From contig JAWLBL010000047.1 in the NCBI GenBank assembly GCA_041687695.1, positions 1 to 30,449 of the forward strand: a stretch of DNA of 30,449 bases, given 5' to 3'. Source of the stretch: Myxococcota bacterium (GTDB taxonomy: Bacteria > Myxococcota_A > UBA9042 > PHBI01 > JAWLBL01). Below are positions 24,343 through 30,449 of the stretch, piece by piece (the stretch's first letter is position 1; each line of letters begins with the position of its first letter). The notes under the pieces were generated by a model. It had not been told where the DNA came from. It did not search any database and saw only the letters and a program-made list of their open reading frames with translations. The position numbers were made by a program, and so were the translations under genes.

Positions 24343-26595
24343 CTACTCGCTGCTCGCGGCCCGCGTCCGATACAGCCGGTCGACCTCGTGGACCAGCTCG
24401 ACCACGCTGTCCTCGTAGCGCAGATCGCCCCGCGGCTCGCCCCAGCGGTTGGTCACCAGGTTGTAGAACAGGCTCCCCTCGTTGCACTCCTCGACCAGCC
24501 GCCACCCCGGGATGGCGCGCTCCTCGCACTCGCCGTGCTCGCCCTGGCACGCCGGGTCCATGCACAGCCGCGTCCCGTCGGGTCCCTTGCGGCACGCGCA
24601 CTCGCGCAGCCCGGTCTCGGTGTCCACGTCGCAGCACGACCCGTCGGGCATCACCATGATGGCCTTGGGCATCTGGCCGTTCTGCATGAACAGGTTGGTC
24701 GCCAGCGCCGACGGCCCCAGCGAGTCGTGGCTCTGGCCCAGCCCGTGCAGGAAGAAGATCACCGGATAGGTCCGCTCGGCGTTGGCCGGATCGTCGTAGC
24801 CGGGCGGCAGCGCCACCGTGAACGCCCGCCGCGCCTTCAGCCCCTGGCTGTAGAAGCTCACCCGCTTCGCCAGCGGGTTCACCGCCTCCTGGCCGGGCTC
24901 CAGATCCGGCTCACCCAGGCGCCAGGCCGCGAACGACAGGAAGCTCAGCAGCCGCCCGACCGCCTGGAACGCCGACCCGACGTGCTTGCCGTCGTTGTCG
25001 GCGATCTCCTGCGGCGTCGCGTCCGGGTTGCCGTACTCGACGTACACGTGCCGCCCCAGGGCCGCCTGGCTGAAGTCGGCCGAGAAGATCTCCTCCATGA
25101 AGGTCTCGTCCGTCATCGCCGGGAAGACGCTCTCCGCCGCCTCGGTGAACCCCTCGAAGTAGCTCACCTGCTCGCCCCGCGCCCGCAGCGCCCCGACCAC
25201 GTGGCGCGTCGACACCCCCGCGTGCAGCGCGTCGCGGATGCCGGAGTCCAGCCACAGGTCCATGCCGGCCAGCGCCTCGGCACCGAGCCCCTCGACCAGC
25301 AGCCGCGCGTCGTACTCGGCCGCCCGCGTCAGCGCCTCGGTCGCGTCCCACACGCCGTTGCCCTCGCCGCGGTCCGCCTCGCCCACCACCTCGGCCGGCA
25401 GCCCGTCCAGGCCCAGGTCCTCGAAGGGCTCGCCCTCGTCCCAGCGCCCGTTGGCCTCGCCGCCCTCGGGGTTGGCCCACCAGTGGTAGTCGTCCCCGTT
25501 GGGGTCCGCCTCGGTCGCGTCGCTCGCCCCCTCGGGCAGGCACCCGCCCAGCCCGTCCTCGCGCGCGCTCGGGCACCCGTCGGCGCCCACGTCCTCGAAG
25601 CGCTCCCACGCCTTGAACATCAGCGGCTCGGCGAAGTCGCGCCGCCCGTTGCCGTTGATGTCCACGAACAGCGCCACGTCGATGGGGTCCAGGTTGGCCG
25701 CCCCCGGGTCGAAGTCGCCCAGGCTCATCCCCGCCGCCTCCGGGTTGCCGTCGCACACCGGCAGCACCGCGTACTGGCCCTCGGGGTTGTGCTCGGCCCC
25801 GAACGCCGCCGCGCCCTCGACCGCCTTGGGCGCCTGGCAGCGCGCCTTGGGCGCCGTCGCCTCGAACCACGCCCGGTCCACGCCCGCCGGCAGGTACGGC
25901 GTCTCGGCGTGCTCGTCGGTCAGGAAGTTGCCGAAGGCCATCGTCATGTTCTGGAACACCCGCCGGTAGAAGACGCGGTGGGTCGACGTGCCGTCGGTGT
26001 CGAAGTGGAAGTGGTTGAAGTCCTGCGGGATCTCCAGCTCCTCGCGCGGCGCCACCGGCCCGCAGAAGGTCGCTGGGTCGGCCGCCGGGTCGTTCAGCCC
26101 CTCGACGTTGGCCTCGAGCACCTCGAGCGAGCAGAAGCCGCCCAGCTGCATCCGGATCCCGTTGCGCAGCATGTACGGGATCTCGACGTAGCCGCCCAGG
26201 CCGCCCACCACGCCGAACAGCTCCGGGTGCCGCAGCGCGATGTTGACCGCCGCCGCCCCCATCGACACCCCGCCGATGGCCCGCGCCCGCGCCGGCCCGT
26301 AGTCCGGCCCCGTCGCCACGTCCTCGGGCCCCGCGTCCGCGTCCGCGTCCGCGTCCGCGCCCCCGCCGTCCTCGACGTCGGCCGCGCCGTCGTCGCCCTC
26401 GGCCGCGTCCGCCAGCTCGCCGTCGCCTTCCCCGGCGTCCTTGCCGCCGTCGTCCAGCGCGCCCGCGTCGTCCGCCGCGTCCACCGCCGCCGCGCCGCCC
26501 TCGTCGCCGCAGGCCGGCGTCAACCCCATGGACAGGGCCGCGAGGCCCGCGATCCACACGCTCCGAAGCGGGCCGCGAGCCCGTACCTGGTTCAT
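24343..26595 (-). CDS. Lipoprotein alpha/beta-hydrolase (putative esterase family), circularly permuted
   Basis: Lipobox-like LTPAC; acidic linker; nucleophile elbow RAIGGVSMG; LWLDSGIRD; GKHVG; C-terminal FTVALPPGY...YPVIFFLHG...VMPDG...YED...VDRLYRT. Confidence 0.85.
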   Translation of the reverse strand: MNQVRARGPLRSVWIAGLAALSMGLTPACGDEGGAAAVDAADDAGALDDGGKDAGEGDGELADAAEGDDGAADVEDGGGADADADADAGPEDVATGPDYGPARARAIGGVSMGAAAVNIALRHPELFGVVGGLGGYVEIPYMLRNGIRMQLGGFCSLEVLEANVEGLNDPAADPATFCGPVAPREELEIPQDFNHFHFDTDGTSTHRVFYRRVFQNMTMAFGNFLTDEHAETPYLPAGVDRAWFEATAPKARCQAPKAVEGAAAFGAEHNPEGQYAVLPVCDGNPEAAGMSLGDFDPGAANLDPIDVALFVDINGNGRRDFAEPLMFKAWERFEDVGADGCPSAREDGLGGCLPEGASDATEADPNGDDYHWWANPEGGEANGRWDEGEPFEDLGLDGLPAEVVGEADRGEGNGVWDATEALTRAAEYDARLLVEGLGAEALAGMDLWLDSGIRDALHAGVSTRHVVGALRARGEQVSYFEGFTEAAESVFPAMTDETFMEEIFSADFSQAALGRHVYVEYGNPDATPQEIADNDGKHVGSAFQAVGRLLSFLSFAAWRLGEPDLEPGQEAVNPLAKRVSFYSQGLKARRAFTVALPPGYDDPANAERTYPVIFFLHGLGQSHDSLGPSALATNLFMQNGQMPKAIMVMPDGSCCDVDTETGLRECACRKGPDGTRLCMDPACQGEHGECEERAIPGWRLVEECNEGSLFYNLVTNRWGEPRGDLRYEDSVVELVHEVDRLYRTRAASSE

Positions 26596-26614
26596 CCTTG
26601 CTCCGATGGTCGAG

Positions 26615-28138
26615 TCAGGCCGCCCGGGCCGGCCGCAGCCGGTCGGCGAGCCGATGCGCCACGCGCGTCGCCAGCGCCATGATGGTGATCTGCGGGTTCA
26701 CGCCGCACGCCGTCGGGAACACGCTGGCGTCGGCCACGTAGCACCCTGGCAGATCCCACAGCTGCCCGTCGAGATCGATCACCGAGTCCTGCGCCGTCGC
26801 CCCCATGCGCGCCGTCCCCATCAGGTGCGGCGTGAACAGCTCGAGGTCGCGCCGGTCGGTCGTCTGCGCGATGGCCCGGTTCACCTCGTCCATGCTGCGC
26901 GCGAAGTGGTGCCCCACGAACGGCAGCACCACCCGATCGGCCCCCATCCCGAAGTGCAGCTCGCTCAGCAGCCGCACCCCCTTCAGGAACCGCTCGTGGT
27001 CGTGCCGCGTGATCTCGTAGCGCACGTTGGCCATCCCGCCGAAGCCGCGCTTGACCGTCCCCGACGACGAGTCCTCGACCAGCACGCCCGAGATGATCAT
27101 CTGGTTGTAGCGCCGCATCAGCTCCCAGGCCTCGGCGCCCGCCACCGGCAGGTGCGCCCCCACCGCGCCCGGCGGGATCATGTTCTCGGCCAGGATGATG
27201 CCTTCCTTGTGGAAGTGGCGGACCTGCCCGCCCTGGCTGACGCCCCGGTGCCCGTGCACGTCGAAGGGGTACAGCGCCACCAGCTTCACGTTCGGGTGGC
27301 ACAGGAAGTTCTTGCCCAGCTGCCCGCTGGCCCGCCCCAACTTGTGATTGAGCAGCAGGTACGGCGTCTGCACCGCCCCGCAGGCCACGATGACCACCTG
27401 CGCCCGCACGCTGACGCGCCGCCCCGGCCGCCGCGTGTACGGGTCCACCGTGCGCCCGCTGGCGCCCACGCAGCGCCCGCCCTCGATGAGCAGCCGGTCG
27501 ACGCGCACGTCCGTCAGCACCCGCGCCCCGGCCGCCCGCGCCCGCGGCATGTAGCTGACCAGGGTCGACTGCTTGGCGCCGGTCACGCAGCCCAGCACGC
27601 AGTTGTTCGACCCGACGCAGTCGTCCTGGTTGCGCGAGCTGAACTCGTAGGTCCACCCCTGCTTGGCCGCGCCCTGCGCCATGATGCGGTTGTCGTCGCC
27701 GATGGACTCGGGGCGCTGCGGCTTGGCGTGCACCGCGGCCTCGACCCGCTCGAACAGCGCCTCGAGCCCCTTGGGGCCCAGCCCCGGGTCGCCGGTGAGG
27801 CGCGCCCAGGTCTCCAGGATCTCGTCGGACGTGCGGTAGGCCATGCCGCCGTTGATGACGGTGCTGCCGCCGACGCAGCGCCCCTCGACGTAGGGGAACG
27901 GCGGCTTGCCGGCGATCAGCGTCGCCCCCGCGTCGCGGTACAGCCGCGGCACCGACTCGGCCGTGTACGGGTTGAAGCTCGAGGTCGGGATGTAGCTGCC
28001 CTCCTCGAGGAAGGTCACCTCGAAGCCGGCCTCGGCCAGCTCGGTCCCGGCCGCCGCCCCGCCCGCGCCGGTGCCGATGACCAGCACCTGCGTGTCGAAG
28101 GCGCTCTGGCTCTCGTAGTCGCTCCACTCCAGGATCAC
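26615..28138 (-). CDS. GMC-family FAD oxidoreductase (long-chain alcohol oxidase-like)
   Basis: VIGTGAGG, GRCVGGSTVING, CVGSNNCVLGC, HLMGTARMG and DASVFPTACGVNPQITIMALA. GTGA overlap with the upstream gene. Confidence 0.92.
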   Translation of the reverse strand: MILEWSDYESQSAFDTQVLVIGTGAGGAAAGTELAEAGFEVTFLEEGSYIPTSSFNPYTAESVPRLYRDAGATLIAGKPPFPYVEGRCVGGSTVINGGMAYRTSDEILETWARLTGDPGLGPKGLEALFERVEAAVHAKPQRPESIGDDNRIMAQGAAKQGWTYEFSSRNQDDCVGSNNCVLGCVTGAKQSTLVSYMPRARAAGARVLTDVRVDRLLIEGGRCVGASGRTVDPYTRRPGRRVSVRAQVVIVACGAVQTPYLLLNHKLGRASGQLGKNFLCHPNVKLVALYPFDVHGHRGVSQGGQVRHFHKEGIILAENMIPPGAVGAHLPVAGAEAWELMRRYNQMIISGVLVEDSSSGTVKRGFGGMANVRYEITRHDHERFLKGVRLLSELHFGMGADRVVLPFVGHHFARSMDEVNRAIAQTTDRRDLELFTPHLMGTARMGATAQDSVIDLDGQLWDLPGCYVADASVFPTACGVNPQITIMALATRVAHRLADRLRPARAA

Positions 28139-28749
28139 GGCGCCACCTCGCTCGAATACGGCCCAATCAGGTCGCCCTCGCCCGGGATCTCACCCTCGGC
28201 CAGCCGCCGCCGCAGCCGGACGCGCTCGCGCATGAAGGGCTGCGGCACGAACCCCATCGCGTCGTGCACCTCGCGCTGGTCGAAGTAGGCCGACAGCACC
28301 GCCGCCCGCACCACCATCGACAGCTGCCGCAGGGGCAGCAGGCGGCTGTGGCTCATGCCGTTCAGCACGTCCAGCACCCGCTCGGGCGGCAGGCTGCGCA
28401 TCCGCCGCGGCGCCGCCAGCCGCCACACCGGCGCCCAGTCCAGCAGGTGCACCGCCACCGCGAAGCCGCGCCCCATCAGCGGCGGCATGTACGGCAGCAT
28501 CCGGCGCACCGACACCTCGATCCGGTCCTCGAGGTCCGGCAGCTGCGGAGCCGGCTCGGGCGGACACACGGCCCGGATCATCGCCCGCAGCGCCCGCCGC
28601 GTGCCCTCGCCCATGGGCATCGGGTCGGCCAGCACCCACCCGTCGTCCGGGTGCCGATCGAGCGCCTCGCTCGCCTCCCTCGAGTCGGCCTGCAGGCGCC
28701 GCCGCGCCGCCGCCTTTCGCGCGGCCTCATCCCTTCGTGGCTTGTCCAT
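28135..28749 (-). CDS. GMC partner protein (gluconate 2-dehydrogenase subunit 3-like)
   Basis: RRMRSLPPERVLDVL and VLSAYFDQREVHDAMGF patterns; translationally coupled to the GMC gene. Confidence 0.6.
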   Translation of the reverse strand: MDKPRRDEAARKAAARRRLQADSREASEALDRHPDDGWVLADPMPMGEGTRRALRAMIRAVCPPEPAPQLPDLEDRIEVSVRRMLPYMPPLMGRGFAVAVHLLDWAPVWRLAAPRRMRSLPPERVLDVLNGMSHSRLLPLRQLSMVVRAAVLSAYFDQREVHDAMGFVPQPFMRERVRLRRRLAEGEIPGEGDLIGPYSSEVAP

Positions 28750-29485
28750 GGTCCCCTCCCCTGATGAACGGTTCCAGCGTGCGGAACAGGCGGTCGTCGG
28801 TGCGCTGGTAGTAGTCGCGCGTCGCGTCCACCGCGTCCTCGGCGTCGCCCCGGGCCACCGCGTCGACCAGGCGGCGTAGGTAGCGCGGGAAGATCGGCTC
28901 GATGACCCACAGCGAGGCCACCTTGGCGACGAGGCCCCGGTAGACTTCGAGCAGCGTGTTGGCGATCCACCGGATGGTCAGCGAGTGCGCCGCGTCCACC
29001 AGCGCGTCGACCATGGCGATGTCGCCCTCGACCAGGGCCTGCCGGTCCGCGCGCTCGAAGGCCTCGACCTGCGCCGCCACCAGCGCCTCCAGCCGCTCGA
29101 TGTCGGCCTCCTGCGCGTGCTGCGCCGCCATGGCCACCGCCATCTCCAGCACCTGCACCCGCACGACCAGCAGGTCGACCATCACCCGCACCGTCTCGCG
29201 CCCGTCGCCCCCATGGGCCAAAAACGGGCCCAGAATCTCAATGGTCCCGGTCTTGCGGAAGTCCGCCACCGTCACGCCCTGCCCCTGGCGGACGGTGATG
29301 AGCCGCCCCTGCTCGAGCTTGCGCATCGCCTCGCGCAGCGTGTTGCGGTTGGTCCCATAGTCCGCGGCCAGCTCCCGCTCGGACCTCAGCCGCGACCCCG
29401 CCGGCAGCACCCCGCTGACGATCTGCCGCAGCAAGTCCACGTAGATCGCCTCGGCCACGCTGCTCGACGCCTCGCCCTGACCCAC
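28727..29485 (-). CDS. GntR/FadR-family transcriptional regulator
   Basis: wHTH LRSERELAADYGTNRNTLREAMRKLEQGRLITVRQGQG and an FCD-like C-terminus. GTG 29485 with a GGAGG Shine-Dalgarno. Confidence 0.92.
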   Translation of the reverse strand: MGQGEASSSVAEAIYVDLLRQIVSGVLPAGSRLRSERELAADYGTNRNTLREAMRKLEQGRLITVRQGQGVTVADFRKTGTIEILGPFLAHGGDGRETVRVMVDLLVVRVQVLEMAVAMAAQHAQEADIERLEALVAAQVEAFERADRQALVEGDIAMVDALVDAAHSLTIRWIANTLLEVYRGLVAKVASLWVIEPIFPRYLRRLVDAVARGDAEDAVDATRDYYQRTDDRLFRTLEPFIRGGDHGQATKG

Positions 29486-29509
29486 GTCCGGCCTCCGCCA
29501 ACCAACCAA

Positions 29510-29552
29510 CCAACTGGTTCAACCAGTTGGGAACGTAGTGGTTGAACCAGTT
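29510..29552. promoter_or_regulatory. Two FadR-subfamily operator palindromes
   Basis: Perfect 21-bp palindrome CCAACTGGTT-C-AACCAGTTGG (29510-29530) and a second site TGGTTGAACCA (29539-29549). Both match the FadR-type TGGT-N3-ACCA consensus and lie directly upstream of the regulator. Confidence 0.8.
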
Positions 29553-29655
29553 CTCGGTCAAGGCCAGGAGGCGTTGATTTCGGAAGTGCGCGGGATGGGG
29601 AGGGATTACACGCGGCCGGTCGATCGAGCCGAGGTGGCTGGGGGCAAAGGTTCGC

Positions 29656-30449
29656 CGTCGTCCCGGGACGACGCTCAGCCAGGTCGGGGTTCCGGGACGG
29701 AATCAGAGAGGAAGCGGTACCCTTGGGCTGGGTAGCCTCCGCTCCGGTCGGCCTCAAGGGCTTTGTCCCCCTTGGCCCGCCCTGCGGGCGGTCCAATTCC
29801 TCGCGGACGACAAAGCCCTTGACCCCGACCTCCGCTGCGGCTGGGGGGCCAATACCGGCCCGGACGGGGCCGTCCGGGCCGCTTCGCGTCCCGCACGCTC
29901 GGCGGGGGTGGCTGGGCGCTGAGGGCCGAGGTCATGATGGCATCCGGGTCGCCAGTCGAGCCGAGGCGGCTGTGGCAGGGTTCGGCTGAAAATTAAACAT
30001 CCGTGGAGTTTGTCGTCCCGGGACGACGCTCACCGAGGTCGTCGTCCCGGGACGAAAGCTCGTCGTCCCGGGACGGAAGCTCGTCGTCCCGGGACGGAAG
30101 CAGGGGACGAGCGATGCCAGTGGGCTGGGTAGCCTCCGCTCCGGTCGGCCTCAAGGGCTTTGTCCCCCTTGGCCCGCCCTGCGGGCGGTCCAATTCCTCG
30201 CGGACGACAAAGCCCTTGACCCCGACCTCCGCTGCGGCTGGGGGGCTAATACCGGCCCGGACGGGGCCGTCCGGGCCGCTTCGCGTCCCGCACGCTCGGC
30301 GTGGGTGGCTGGACTCTCACGGCAGGGGCCATGCTGACATCCGGCCGGCCGGTCACGCCGTGGTGGCTAGGCACAGGGTTCGGTCGGCAATTAAGCATCC
30401 GTGCAGTTAGTCGTCCCGGGACGACGCTCACCGAGGTCGTCGTCCCGGG
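29656..30449. repeat. About 397-bp direct repeats with a 180-bp structured core and arrays of the palindrome GTCGTCCCGGGACGAC
   Basis: 29724-29903 and 30121-30300 differ at one position. Full or partial palindrome copies at 29657, 30012, 30041, 30062, 30083, 30410 and 30439. The repeat runs off the window end. Confidence 0.9.

Noticed and set aside
8019..28288. Many long alternative-frame ORFs (e.g. 8019-9869, 10055-12310, 13684-15993, 24064-26682, 26441-28288)
   Set aside because: Shadow ORFs typical of very high-GC DNA: Arg/Gly/Pro-rich or antisense to well-supported genes.
29498..29513. (CCAA)4 microsatellite as a phase-variation tract
   Set aside because: Only four units and partly within the operator palindrome; too short to support the claim.
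29386..30431. Protein-coding ORFs in the terminal repeats
   Set aside because: No codon bias or RBS; the duplicated peptide text simply reflects the DNA repeat.

Overview
Very GC-rich bacterial window; the gene content suggests Myxococcota or a related deltaproteobacterial lineage, but this is an inference. Left part (1-8.0 kb) is accessory-like: a REP-associated HUH tyrosine transposase (RAYT), secreted proteins and lipoproteins, a DUF4846-like protein, a doubly disrupted FG-GAP repeat gene plus a 57-aa chimeric remnant, a helical hypothetical gene followed by a 42-bp palindromic tandem array, and an RHH/PIN (FitAB/VapBC-like) toxin-antitoxin pair. Middle part: a ThDP enzyme, pterin-4a-carbinolamine dehydratase, a GGAG-footed REP cluster, an AraC regulator with an SDR, and MscS. 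These are followed by the best novelty candidate, a tightly coupled 5-gene minus-strand operon (20280 to 13783) encoding a His/Cys metal-site protein, two full-length paralogous HExxH proteins flanking a cobalamin-dependent radical SAM enzyme, and a BCP peroxiredoxin. Right part: a three-repeat hypothetical protein, a TPR-like gene, a TrmN6-like methyltransferase, a second REP cluster, and a FadR-family operon (regulator with palindromic operators, GMC partner subunit, GMC oxidoreductase, and a circularly permuted lipoprotein esterase). The window ends in ~397-bp structured non-coding repeats interleaved with 21-bp-phased palindromes. No rRNA, tRNA or CRISPR array was seen. All product calls come from motif recognition by eye; no database searches were run.
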